A DNA stretch of 32,000 nucleotides, from NCBI GenBank assembly GCA_963675915.1, contig OY780959.1:2190001-2222000 (forward strand), read 5' to 3'. Position 1 is the stretch's first letter. Each line of letters opens with the position of its first letter. Of this stretch, positions 8,908-17,685 are shown one piece after another. Under the pieces are notes generated by a model that had not been told where the DNA came from, ran no database searches, and was given only the letters and a program-made list of their open reading frames with translations. The translations under genes and the position numbers were made by a program. Source of the stretch: Coprobacillaceae bacterium (GTDB taxonomy: Bacteria; Bacillota_I; Bacilli_A; Erysipelotrichales; Coprobacillaceae).

Positions 8908-9765
8908 ATGCTTCATGTATTCATAATCAAACCCGGGCATCTCGAAATCGAAAATATCATCAAAGAGGTCATGGTCGGGCATGAATACTTGATCTTGAGA
9001 ACCAAGGGGCCCCGGGATACCTCGAAACTGGCAGGGTTGCATCAATCTCCTCAAAATCGGATTTATGTGATTGGCGGGGACGGGATGATCCATGAGGCAA
9101 TCCAACAGTTGGTTAACACCAAAACCGGCCTGGTAATCATCCCATATGGAACCGGCAATGATTTTGCCAGAAACTTTTCCATCAGCGGTGATATCAAGGA
9201 GGAGATAGTCAGGTCATTGGAGCTTCAAGGGCAGGACATCGATGTTTTCAAAGCTAATGACATTTACTGTGCAAACACCCTCGCTTTTGCCATCGACAGT
9301 GACTGTGCTAATCATGTCCATGATCAAAAAATCTGGAAAATTCTTCCCGGTAGTATCTATTATGCCAAGACAATGGTCCAGCGTCTGGTTCACTTCAAAG
9401 GGTTCACCGCTAAGCTGAGTATTGGTGACCAGGAGAATTCCAATCGCTTCATTATCGGGGCAATCGCCAACGGACGGTATTACGGTGGTGGCTTCAAAAT
9501 CGGCGAAGGCAAGGTCGATGACGGGATGATTGAACTGATTGCAGTTGCGGGCAGCGGCAAAATCAAAGCTGTCACAACTCTTTTAAAACTGGCTCTGGGA
9601 GTTTTGATTGAAGATCAGCGAGCTATAAGGTTAACCACTAATCAAATGACGCTCCAAACCGAGCATGAAATAAATATCGATGGTGAGACATACCCGGCGG
9701 GGACGTATCGGATTAATGTCATTCCCCAAGGATTGCGGGTCATCAACGAACTAAAAAACCCTTGA
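8908..9765 (+). CDS. diacylglycerol kinase family lipid kinase (DgkB/YegS-like)
   Basis: VIGGDGMIHEAIQ and PYGTGNDFARN are catalytic-domain motifs. RBS GAGGTGA. 4-nt gap after the methyltransferase gene. Confidence 0.85.
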   Translation: MLHVFIIKPGHLEIENIIKEVMVGHEYLILRTKGPRDTSKLAGLHQSPQNRIYVIGGDGMIHEAIQQLVNTKTGLVIIPYGTGNDFARNFSISGDIKEEIVRSLELQGQDIDVFKANDIYCANTLAFAIDSDCANHVHDQKIWKILPGSIYYAKTMVQRLVHFKGFTAKLSIGDQENSNRFIIGAIANGRYYGGGFKIGEGKVDDGMIELIAVAGSGKIKAVTTLLKLALGVLIEDQRAIRLTTNQMTLQTEHEINIDGETYPAGTYRINVIPQGLRVINELKNP

Positions 9766-9785
9766 TTGAATCAATCAAGGGTTTG
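9753..9785. terminator. bidirectional intrinsic terminator between convergent genes
   Basis: CCCTTGATTGA (9759-9769) pairs with TCAATCAAGGG (9771-9781). An A-run precedes it and TTTG follows. The hairpin contains the lipid-kinase stop codon. Confidence 0.65.
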
Positions 9786-9792
9786 TAGAATA

Positions 9793-10287
9793 TTATGATT
9801 TACGTTTCAGGGTGATTTTCAACTTGTCTTCATCGACAAAAAATAGTCTTGTCGAAAGATGGTTTTGGCCGTAGTTGAATGTGATTTTATGCGGTTTGAA
9901 CTGGATTCGTTTGATTTTTCGATAATCAAATTTAGCTCTTCCGACAATCAGTGATTTGTCGCTGTAATAAACAATATGGTTGAAATACTGATTTGACAGC
10001 AAGGCCAGGATAGCGACAACGTTCAGCAAATCAAGACCGGTCGGATCAACCTCACCGATTGATGCGAAATAAATCATGGCAGCTAGGCCTGCGACAGTAC
10101 CCAAAACATATACTAATAAAACTAAGTAGTTAATAACAATTCCCAATGGGGTATTGCATAACTTCATCCCACTTTCATCTTTTTTCAGCTTATGGATATT
10201 ATAGAAATAGTTGATGTTCAAAAAAGTGAACCACACCAGCAGAATGCTAACTACAAGTGGTAAAAATATATTTGTAAGACTTGACAT
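9793..10287 (-). CDS. hypothetical membrane protein (3 predicted TM segments plus a basic C-terminal domain)
   Basis: Hydrophobic stretches LPLVVSILLVWF, IVINYLVLLVYVLGTVAGLAAMIYF and LLNVVAILALL. RBS AGGAGT upstream of ATG 10287. Confidence 0.65.
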   Translation of the reverse strand: MSSLTNIFLPLVVSILLVWFTFLNINYFYNIHKLKKDESGMKLCNTPLGIVINYLVLLVYVLGTVAGLAAMIYFASIGEVDPTGLDLLNVVAILALLSNQYFNHIVYYSDKSLIVGRAKFDYRKIKRIQFKPHKITFNYGQNHLSTRLFFVDEDKLKITLKRKS

Positions 10288-10332
10288 AAATCAGACTCCT
10301 TTGTTGTATATTTGTTATTATAACAAATTTTA

Positions 10333-11139
10333 CTACAATGAGTAAACAGTTATTTTAATATCGATGGTAATTTCTAAAGCGCTTAACTCGTCGATTACGT
10401 GACGTTTGTCGGCAGAAACGTGATAATAATGCGGGGTCATCTTGAACAGGTTCAGGACATCCTCGGGATTCTCGATATTTTCCTTAACAGTGAAATCGTA
10501 TTGTTCCACCACCGGGAGGTCTAGCCGGATGAATTTGTCGCTTTTGACTTTGATTTCATCATAGATCAGGTGCTTGAATTCAATCAGATGATTGGGATTG
10601 GCAGTAACATGAATGATTTTGCCGTCTTCTTTCAAAGTCCTTCGCAGTTCATCGAGATTGACAACTGTGAAAAGAGCGGCGATGAAATCCAGTTTGTGGT
10701 CCTGGATGGGAATGTTTTTGGAATTGCCGACGATCCAGTTGATGTCCTTGGTATATTTGGTGGCCATATTGATTCCGGTTTTGGAAATATCCAGACCATA
10801 ATATGTTCCGGGAACGGCACGGTACATTCCATAAGTGTAATAACCTTCGCCACAGCCCAAATCGAGAATATGGGGATTGTCTGAAAGGTTATATTTTTTG
10901 ATTATATCGGTTACCTGGTTTAAAATAGAATCATAGTGATGGGAATTAAGATAATTTTTCCGGGCAATCAGGCTTTCCTTTGAATCGCCGGGATTGTTTG
11001 ATGCTTTATCCGGGTTGAGCAGCAGGTTGATATACTTTGTTTTGGCCAAATCATAACAGTGGTTGTTTTGGCAACGGTAGGTTTTATTTTCTAAAATAAG
11101 GGGTTCGTGACACTTTGGACACGCTAAATAATTGTTCAT
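10333..11139 (-). CDS. rlmA: 23S rRNA (guanine-N1)-methyltransferase, RlmA family
   Basis: N-terminal Zn-ribbon CPKCHEPL..YRCQNNHCYD followed by SAM motif ILDLGCGEGYYT. ATG 11139 lies 6 nt after GGAGGTG. The ORF-track extension to 11322 runs through the divergent gene and is rejected. Confidence 0.85.
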   Translation of the reverse strand: MNNYLACPKCHEPLILENKTYRCQNNHCYDLAKTKYINLLLNPDKASNNPGDSKESLIARKNYLNSHHYDSILNQVTDIIKKYNLSDNPHILDLGCGEGYYTYGMYRAVPGTYYGLDISKTGINMATKYTKDINWIVGNSKNIPIQDHKLDFIAALFTVVNLDELRRTLKEDGKIIHVTANPNHLIEFKHLIYDEIKVKSDKFIRLDLPVVEQYDFTVKENIENPEDVLNLFKMTPHYYHVSADKRHVIDELSALEITIDIKITVYSL

Positions 11140-11196
11140 TGAATTCACCTCCAAATTAGTATAACATGGTTTTATAAAAAAAAGGAGTGAAGTTAG

Positions 11197-11931
11197 ATGA
11201 AAGTTAAAAACTATCAAAAAGACAGTTCCTATACATATACGACAGGCGTGTTTGAGACCATTGAGCTGCTTAAAAAGAAGCCGGATATTGTTACGAGGAT
11301 ATATCTTTCCAGCAACAGTCATAAAAACAAAGGGGTCGAATTAATCAAGAAGATCGCCATTAAAGAAGGAATTGAAATCATCGAGTCGGACAATACAATC
11401 AAGCGACTTGTGAAAAAAGGCAACTGCTATGCAATCGCACTTTTTGATAAATATGATATGAAAATTGAGGAAGCGGATCATGTTGTCCTGGTTAATCCTG
11501 GCGATATGGGAAACATGGGAACGAATATCAGAACAATGCTTGGCTTCGGTTATCGCAATCTGGCAATAATCCGTCCCGGTGTCGACGTTTTCGATCCCCG
11601 GGTTTTACGGGCATCGATGGGGGCTATCTTCTCAATCAAAATCGAGTATTTCGACAGTTTTGAAGATTATCTTAACCGATTTCCTGAAAATGACATTTAT
11701 CCTTTGATGTTGAAAGGAGCGGTCAATCTCAGTTCGGTCGAACCAAAACCAGGATTCCATTCCCTTGTCTTTGGAAACGAGTCGAGCGGGCTACCGGATC
11801 AGTACTTGGAGTACGGGCAATCGATCCTGATCAATCACTCTAAAGATATCGATTCTTTGAATCTTTCAATGGCATTGGGAATCACACTTTTTCATTTCTC
11901 AAAACGAAAATTTATAGATTTAAACGAATAA
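11197..11931 (+). CDS. TrmH/SpoU family RNA 2'-O-methyltransferase
   Basis: SpoU motifs NPGDMGNMGTNIRT, GNESSGLP and LNLSMALGI. RBS AAGGAG upstream. Confidence 0.85.
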   Translation: MKVKNYQKDSSYTYTTGVFETIELLKKKPDIVTRIYLSSNSHKNKGVELIKKIAIKEGIEIIESDNTIKRLVKKGNCYAIALFDKYDMKIEEADHVVLVNPGDMGNMGTNIRTMLGFGYRNLAIIRPGVDVFDPRVLRASMGAIFSIKIEYFDSFEDYLNRFPENDIYPLMLKGAVNLSSVEPKPGFHSLVFGNESSGLPDQYLEYGQSILINHSKDIDSLNLSMALGITLFHFSKRKFIDLNE

Positions 11932-11996
11932 GTTTGGTATATTTATATTTAAGTGTATGATAATTATTTTCCGAGAAAGCAGCATATTGTCGGGAA

Positions 11997-13475
11997 ATGA
12001 ATTGGGAGGATATTGAATTGGAAAACGATAAAAAGGCTGACAATGGAAATGTCCGCAAATCAATATTACATAAGCTTTTTGACAGTAAATTGAAAATCGT
12101 GGTCTGGGTTATCGGGATAATCCTGCTTGTTATCTACTTTATGGGAGTGAATTTCTACGGTTCCCACTTCTTTGAAAATTCCACTTTGGAAGGTGTCAAT
12201 GTTTCAAGCAGGACCCGTGATGAGGTCGTCGGAATTTTTGAAGATAATATCAATGCGCGAAAGATGTTGATTGAATTCAAGGATTCGGCTGTTCTTCTCG
12301 ATTCGTCGGCTTTCAATCCTGAAATCACCCATGGCGAAGAAGTGGCACAGCTGATTGAAAACCAAAACAACTTGCTTTGGTTTGTGGGATATGTCAAACC
12401 GAGTCATTATTCAAGTGACGATTTTGTCTCGATTGATGATCAAACCCTGGAGAATACCATCAGAGGTCTGGATCAAACCAATGGAACCACGCCGCCTAGT
12501 GATGCATATGTGAGTTATCAGGACTCCGGATTTGTGATTGTTCCCGAAGATATCGGAACAACCATGGATGTGGATTCTTTGATTGGATTGATCAAAGAAA
12601 ATTATCTTTTGGGAGAGGAAACTTTTGATGTTGTTGAGCAAGGCCTTTATTATCAGGCTGAACTTAAATCGGATAATCCCCAACTTATGGCTAAGCTGGA
12701 ACTGGCAAAGCAATATTGTGATGCCAGAATCACCTATACCCCGGATGCCGAACATACTTTCGTTCTCGACGAAAATACTTTGCTGACCTGGCTGACTAAG
12801 GATTCAGCTGGTAACTGGACCAAAAATGACGACGTGTTCAAGCGCAATGCAGAGGCATTCATCCGAACATTCACTCGATATTACTATACCCTGGGAATAA
12901 CCAGAAACTTTAAAACCGCAACTGGAAATACGGTTACCATCAGTGGTGGAAGCCTCGGCCAATACGTCTTGGTGAGAGCGGAGACAAATAACCTGGTTGA
13001 ATTGATTAGCGACCATGCCAAAGTAAGCAGAAAGCCAGCCCTTTTCGGTTATGGTTATGAAGGCAATCAAGGGATCGGTAATACTTATGTTGAAATCAAC
13101 TTGTCGGCTCAGCATTTATACATGATCCAAAACGGCAAGATTGTCTTTGAAACTGATCAGATTGTAACTGGTCTGGCCAGTGATCCTGATCGCAAAACAC
13201 CTTCAGGATGTTACTATGTATATTACAAACAAATCGACCGAGTTCTTAGAGGAACCCAAAATCCTGATGGAACCTGGCCGTACGAAGTTCCGGTAAAATA
13301 TTGGATGGCATTCAATCGGGGAATCGGGATGCATGATGCGACTTACAGATCAGCATTTGGTGGAAATATCTATACCTATGCAGGATCACATGGCTGTGTC
13401 AACATGCGCTATTCCGAGGCGGCGAAGATGTATTCGTACACTCAAATCGGTACCCCGGTTATCTGTTACTATTAG
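11997..13475 (+). CDS. L,D-transpeptidase (YkuD domain) with an N-terminal membrane anchor
   Basis: TM segment IVVWVIGIILLVIYF. C-terminal catalytic block MHDA..GSHGCVNM. The start is ambiguous: ATG 11997 has a weak RBS, while in-frame TTG 12018 lies 7 nt after GGGAGGA (12004-12010). Confidence 0.8.
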   Translation: MNWEDIELENDKKADNGNVRKSILHKLFDSKLKIVVWVIGIILLVIYFMGVNFYGSHFFENSTLEGVNVSSRTRDEVVGIFEDNINARKMLIEFKDSAVLLDSSAFNPEITHGEEVAQLIENQNNLLWFVGYVKPSHYSSDDFVSIDDQTLENTIRGLDQTNGTTPPSDAYVSYQDSGFVIVPEDIGTTMDVDSLIGLIKENYLLGEETFDVVEQGLYYQAELKSDNPQLMAKLELAKQYCDARITYTPDAEHTFVLDENTLLTWLTKDSAGNWTKNDDVFKRNAEAFIRTFTRYYYTLGITRNFKTATGNTVTISGGSLGQYVLVRAETNNLVELISDHAKVSRKPALFGYGYEGNQGIGNTYVEINLSAQHLYMIQNGKIVFETDQIVTGLASDPDRKTPSGCYYVYYKQIDRVLRGTQNPDGTWPYEVPVKYWMAFNRGIGMHDATYRSAFGGNIYTYAGSHGCVNMRYSEAAKMYSYTQIGTPVICYY

Positions 13476-13496
13476 AAATTTACAATAAAATAATCA

Positions 13497-13550
13497 GCCC
13501 CGACCGGAGGAACAGCCAATGTATCCGCTATCATTGAGTCGGGGTTTGTG
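13497..13550 (+). terminator. possible intrinsic terminator (long loop)
   Basis: GCCCCGAC (13497-13504) pairs with GTCGGGG (13538-13544), then TTTGTG. The 33-nt loop makes this weak. Confidence 0.35.
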
Positions 13551-13668
13551 ATATTCGTGAAAAATTAATCAAATTGCCAAAAAATCCGGTTAAATGGCAA
13601 AAAAAACTAGATTTTTTGAGCAAATGTAGTAAAATGGACCTGTAAAATCAATTTAAGGAGAAATAATA

Positions 13669-14535
13669 ATGGGATTAGTATCTGCAAAAGAAATGCTTGT
13701 AAAAGCAAAAGAAGGACATTATGCTGTTGGTCAATTCAACATTAACAACTTAGAATGGACTAAAGCTATTTTATTAACTGCTCAAGAAAATAACTCACCA
13801 GTTATTTTAGGAGTATCAGAAGGTGCTGCTAAATACATGACAGGATTCAAAACTGTTGCTGCTATGGTTGAAGCAATGGTAGAATCTTTAAACATCACTG
13901 TACCTGTAGCATTACACTTGGATCATGGTTCTTACGAAGGAGCTAAAGCAGCTGCTGCAGCCGGATTCACTTCAATCATGTTCGATGGTTCTCATTACGG
14001 AATCGAAGAAAACATTGAAAAAACTAAAGAAATCACAGAATTCTGTCACTCAATGAACATCTCAGTTGAAGCTGAAGTTGGTTCAATCGGTGGAGAAGAA
14101 GATGGTGTAGTTGGAAAAGGTGAAGTTGCTGATCCAAAAGAATGTAAAATGATCGCTGACTTAGGAGTTGACTTCTTAGCAGCTGGTATCGGAAACATCC
14201 ATGGTAAATACCCTGAAAACTGGGCTGGTTTAGATTTTGAAGCGTTGGCAGCAATTCAAAAAGAAACTGGAACTTTACCATTAGTATTACACGGTGGAAC
14301 AGGAATTCCTGATGATATGATCGCTAAATCAATCGATTTAGGAGTATCAAAAATCAACGTTAACACTGAATGTCAACTTTATTTCCAAGAAGCTACTAGA
14401 AAATATATCGAAGCTGGTAAAGACTTGGAAGGTAAAGGTTTCGACCCTCGTAAATTATTAGCTCCTGGATTTGAAGCGATTAAAGAAATCGTTAAAATCA
14501 AAATGGAATTATTCGGTTCTGTTGACAAAGCATAA
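13669..14535 (+). CDS. fba: class II fructose-1,6-bisphosphate aldolase
   Basis: GHYAVGQFNINNLEW, LHLDHG and VLHGGTG motifs. Strong RBS AAGGAG. Marked high-expression codon style. Confidence 0.95.
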   Translation: MGLVSAKEMLVKAKEGHYAVGQFNINNLEWTKAILLTAQENNSPVILGVSEGAAKYMTGFKTVAAMVEAMVESLNITVPVALHLDHGSYEGAKAAAAAGFTSIMFDGSHYGIEENIEKTKEITEFCHSMNISVEAEVGSIGGEEDGVVGKGEVADPKECKMIADLGVDFLAAGIGNIHGKYPENWAGLDFEALAAIQKETGTLPLVLHGGTGIPDDMIAKSIDLGVSKINVNTECQLYFQEATRKYIEAGKDLEGKGFDPRKLLAPGFEAIKEIVKIKMELFGSVDKA

Positions 14536-14556
14536 TTAGGTTATTAAAACTTTATC

Positions 14557-14594
14557 AAAGATGATGTATTCTCAGGAATACTTCATCTTTTTTA
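14557..14594 (+). terminator. intrinsic terminator after fba
   Basis: AAAGATGATGTATTC pairs with GAATACTTCATCTTT (one mismatch), loop TCAG, then a T-run. Confidence 0.7.
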
Positions 14595-14642
14595 TTCGGT
14601 AAATTGCAGCGAATAAAATCCCGTTATTTTTATATGGAATTG

Positions 14643-14651
14643 TGTTATAAT
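14643..14651 (+). promoter_or_regulatory. extended -10 element upstream of murA
   Basis: TGtTATAAT at 14643-14651. No good -35 hexamer. Confidence 0.4.
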
Positions 14652-14697
14652 TGATTTGGAAATGATATCTTGGATAGGATCCTATAGTTGGAGGACT

Positions 14698-15963
14698 ATG
14701 ATGAAAGAAATAATTGCAATTGAAGGTGGTCACAAGTTAAACGGAACCGTGGTAATCAGCGGAGCCAAAAACGCAACTGTAGCCCTGATTCCGGCAGTGG
14801 TGCTGGCTGATGGACCGGTTAGTATTTTTGGTGTTCCCCATATTTCGGATGTTGACGCCTTGAAAGTATTGTTGGAGGAATTGAATTGTACCGTAAGCCG
14901 TGACAGTGATACGATCACAATCGATCCAACCAACCTTGAAAATATCCCTTTGGTTTCTCCGGCCGTAGATAAACTGCGAGCTTCGTACTATTTGATGGGA
15001 TCGCTGCTTGGCAAGTTCAAATCAGTGAAGATGAGAATGCCTGGTGGGTGCTATCTAGGGCCGAGGCCGATTGATCTGCATATAAAAGGTTTCGAGGCCC
15101 TGGGAGCAAAAGTTGAATATGATGATGACTGCATTGTGATTTCGGCAGAGGAATTGATCGGGACCAAAATTTATCTCGACTTCGCTTCCGTGGGGGCGAC
15201 GATAAATATTATTTTAGCGGCTGTCAAAGCCAAAGGAAAAACCGTTATTGAAAACGTGGCCAAGGAACCGGAAATAATCGATGTCTGCAACTTGTTGACA
15301 AAGATGGGAGCAAATATCCGGGGAGCCGGAACCGATACGATTACCATTGAAGGGGTTGATTCTTTAAAAGGATGCAACCACGAGATAATTCCCGATCGAA
15401 TCGAAGCGGGAACCTTCCTGGTTATCGCTGCTGCGGCAGGTGATCGGGTTGTCGTACAAAATGTCATCCCTCAGCATTTGGAGTCTTTGATTTCAAAACT
15501 GAAGGAAATGGGGGTTGAAATGGAGACAATCGGAGACAGCATCATTGTCAACGGTGCCTCAAAGATGGTTTCCTGCGATGTCAGAACCCAGGTGTATCCT
15601 GGTTTTGCAACCGATTTGCAACAGCCGTTGGCGGCCTTGATGACCCAGGCGGAAGGAATTTCTACAATCACGGAAAACATTTATCCTGAACGTTTCGGTC
15701 ATTGTGAACAGTTGGCGCACATGGGAGCACACATTGAAGTCGGTGATGGTGAATGTGCAATCCACGGACCAACCAAACTGACTGGGGCCCGGGTATATGC
15801 CACCGATCTTCGCTGTGGAGCGGCTTTGATTGTAGCGGCTTTGATTGCTGATGGTGTCAGTGAAATCGCCAACGTCTATCATATCGATCGTGGCTATGCC
15901 AATATCGACAATAAATTGATTGCTCTTGGAGCAAGAATTTCGAGAAGAAATGTTGAAAATTAG
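14698..15963 (+). CDS. murA: UDP-N-acetylglucosamine 1-carboxyvinyltransferase
   Basis: GGHKLNGTVVISGAKNA, the LRASYYLMG region, and the C-terminal HIDRGYANIDNKL. ATG 14698 lies 5 nt after GGAGGA (14687-14692). Confidence 0.93.
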   Translation: MMKEIIAIEGGHKLNGTVVISGAKNATVALIPAVVLADGPVSIFGVPHISDVDALKVLLEELNCTVSRDSDTITIDPTNLENIPLVSPAVDKLRASYYLMGSLLGKFKSVKMRMPGGCYLGPRPIDLHIKGFEALGAKVEYDDDCIVISAEELIGTKIYLDFASVGATINIILAAVKAKGKTVIENVAKEPEIIDVCNLLTKMGANIRGAGTDTITIEGVDSLKGCNHEIIPDRIEAGTFLVIAAAAGDRVVVQNVIPQHLESLISKLKEMGVEMETIGDSIIVNGASKMVSCDVRTQVYPGFATDLQQPLAALMTQAEGISTITENIYPERFGHCEQLAHMGAHIEVGDGECAIHGPTKLTGARVYATDLRCGAALIVAALIADGVSEIANVYHIDRGYANIDNKLIALGARISRRNVEN

Positions 15964-15974
15964 AAAAAAACTTC

Positions 15975-16002
15975 TTGAAATGGGGTTAAATTAGTGTATA
16001 AT
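15975..16002 (+). promoter_or_regulatory. sigma-70-type promoter for rpmE
   Basis: TTGAAA (15975-15980), 16-nt spacer, TATAAT (15997-16002). Confidence 0.6.
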
Positions 16003-16058
16003 ATCATGGTAACTTACTTTGTAATTATAAAATTATAAGGCGGAAGGAGAAAAATATA

Positions 16059-16262
16059 ATGAAAAAAGGAATTCATCCTAACTACAAAAAAGTAACAGTT
16101 GTTTGTACATCTTGTGGGAACGAGTTTGAAAGTGGTTCAGTTTTAGATGAAGTACGTGTAGATACTTGTTATAACTGTCACCCATTCTATACTGGTAAAC
16201 AAAGATTCGCAAGTGCAGATGGTCGTGTTGATAAATTCAACAAAAAATACGGAATCAAATAA
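16059..16262 (+). CDS. rpmE: 50S ribosomal protein L31, Zn-ribbon (C+) form
   Basis: MKKGIHPNY.., CTSC and [10 protein letters not shown] cysteine pairs, 67 aa. RBS GGAAGGAG. Confidence 0.95.
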   Translation: MKKGIHPNYKKVTVVCTSCGNEFESGSVLDEVRVDTCYNCHPFYTGKQRFASADGRVDKFNKKYGIK

Positions 16263-16267
16263 TTATA

Positions 16268-16295
16268 AAACAGGGTACTATGTACCCTTTTTTTC
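16268..16295 (+). terminator. intrinsic terminator after rpmE
   Basis: GGGTAC (16273-16278), loop TAT, GTACCC (16282-16287), then TTTTTTT. Confidence 0.7.
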
Positions 16296-16308
16296 TTAGG
16301 AGCAAATT

Positions 16309-17058
16309 ATGGAATATCATGTTTTAGCAAGCGGTTCAAAAGGGAATAGTACATTCATATATATCAATGGAGTGGGATTTTTGATTGATTGCGGAATTTC
16401 CCGCAAGCAGCTTTTATATAAAATGGGAGTTTTGGGATTCGATGAATCCAATATCAATTTTGTTTTTCTGACCCATGAACATTATGACCATTCCAAGAAT
16501 ATCCATATCTTCTCGAAGTCGATTGTTTACACCGGGGCGCTGACGATGGCAGATCTACCCGATCAAAATTATCTCCAACCATATCAGGAATACGATTTTT
16601 CAGGGATTGAAGTTATGCCTTTGGCTATCAGCCATGATGTGAAAAATCCCCTGGCTTTTATCTTCCGGTTCAAAGGGGAATCCCTTCTTTATATGACAGA
16701 CACCGGATATATCTCCAAGAAAAATCAGGAATATATCCACAACCTCAGTTACTATATTATTGAAAGCAATCATGATGTCGAGCGACTGATGGCTACAAAG
16801 CGTCCGTTGTTTTTGAAAAGGCGGATCTATGAGGATCGCGGCCATCTAAACAATGAGTACAGCGCATCGGTGATGGCTGATGTAATCGGACCGGATACCC
16901 GGGAAATCACTTTGGCCCATTTGTCTGAAGAAGCCAATACCGAACAATTGGCGCTGACGACTTATCAAGGTGTCTTTAATAAACTGGGAATTGCCTTTGA
17001 CTGTTTCAAATGTGCATCGCAGGTAGATATTGTTTCAGGAGGAAAGCATGAACGTTAG
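16309..17058 (+). CDS. MBL-fold metallo-hydrolase, WalJ/YycJ-like
   Basis: LASGSKGNS..LIDCG and THEHYDH (HxHxDH) motifs. RBS AGGAGC. Confidence 0.8.
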   Translation: MEYHVLASGSKGNSTFIYINGVGFLIDCGISRKQLLYKMGVLGFDESNINFVFLTHEHYDHSKNIHIFSKSIVYTGALTMADLPDQNYLQPYQEYDFSGIEVMPLAISHDVKNPLAFIFRFKGESLLYMTDTGYISKKNQEYIHNLSYYIIESNHDVERLMATKRPLFLKRRIYEDRGHLNNEYSASVMADVIGPDTREITLAHLSEEANTEQLALTTYQGVFNKLGIAFDCFKCASQVDIVSGGKHER

Positions 17059-17527
17059 AATTATAGCTGTTGGAAAACTGAAAGAAAAATATCTCAAGAT
17101 GGGAATTAACGAATATGTCAAGCGGATTGGCGGTTACAGCAAGGTGGAGATTGTCGAGGTCAGTGACGAACCAATCAAAGACAATTCATCTTTAAAGGAA
17201 ATGGAACAGATCAAGCTTAAGGAAGGTGGCAAGATTTTAGCCAAAATCAAGGACAATGAATACGTCATCCTGCTCGATGTATCTGGAAAGCAGTTGGATT
17301 CGGTTGAACTGGCCCGGCAGATTGAGACCTGTATGATTAATGGCAAATCGACAATAACTTTTGTCATTGGCGGTTCACTAGGGCATGGCGAGGAAATCCT
17401 GCGACGCAGCGATTTGCGGCTGTCATTTTCAAAAATGACCCTTCCCCACCAATTGATTCGTCTGGTTCTGGTTGAACAGATATACCGAAGTTTTAAAATA
17501 ATAAAGAATGAAACTTACCATAAATAA
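17048..17527 (+). CDS. rlmH: 23S rRNA (pseudouridine1915-N3)-methyltransferase
   Basis: IIAVGKLKEKYLK..GI.EY.KRI.., FVIGGSLGH and MTLPHQL are SPOUT/RlmH signatures. ATG 17048 follows AGGAGGA and overlaps the previous gene by 11 nt. Confidence 0.9.
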   Translation: MNVRIIAVGKLKEKYLKMGINEYVKRIGGYSKVEIVEVSDEPIKDNSSLKEMEQIKLKEGGKILAKIKDNEYVILLDVSGKQLDSVELARQIETCMINGKSTITFVIGGSLGHGEEILRRSDLRLSFSKMTLPHQLIRLVLVEQIYRSFKIIKNETYHK

Positions 17528-17551
17528 CACGGGGAACTCTCGTGTTATTTT
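17526..17551 (+). terminator. weak intrinsic terminator after rlmH
   Basis: AACACG (17526-17531) pairs with CGTGTT (17541-17546), then ATTTT. Confidence 0.4.
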
Positions 17552-17685
17552 AAATTAATCCCGAAAATGGCTCTATTTGGGATTATTCGGACTTTATTAT
17601 TGTAGCCGGAGACAATTTAAATTATGATATAATAATAAGGGTGTTGGTGAAATTTATTTAACCAACTGAATGATGAGGTGCGCAA

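Noticed and set aside
11140-11322. An N-terminal extension of the RlmA ORF to 11322.
   Set aside because: It runs across the divergent promoter region and into the TrmH-family gene. The conserved Zn-ribbon N-terminus starts at Met 11139, which has a GGAGGTG RBS.
16309-17527. The WalJ-like MBL hydrolase overlapping rlmH by 11 nt, with no walRK two-component genes upstream.
   Set aside because: The yycJ-rlmH neighbourhood is a common conserved arrangement in Bacillota. The absence of walRK from this window says nothing about the rest of the genome.
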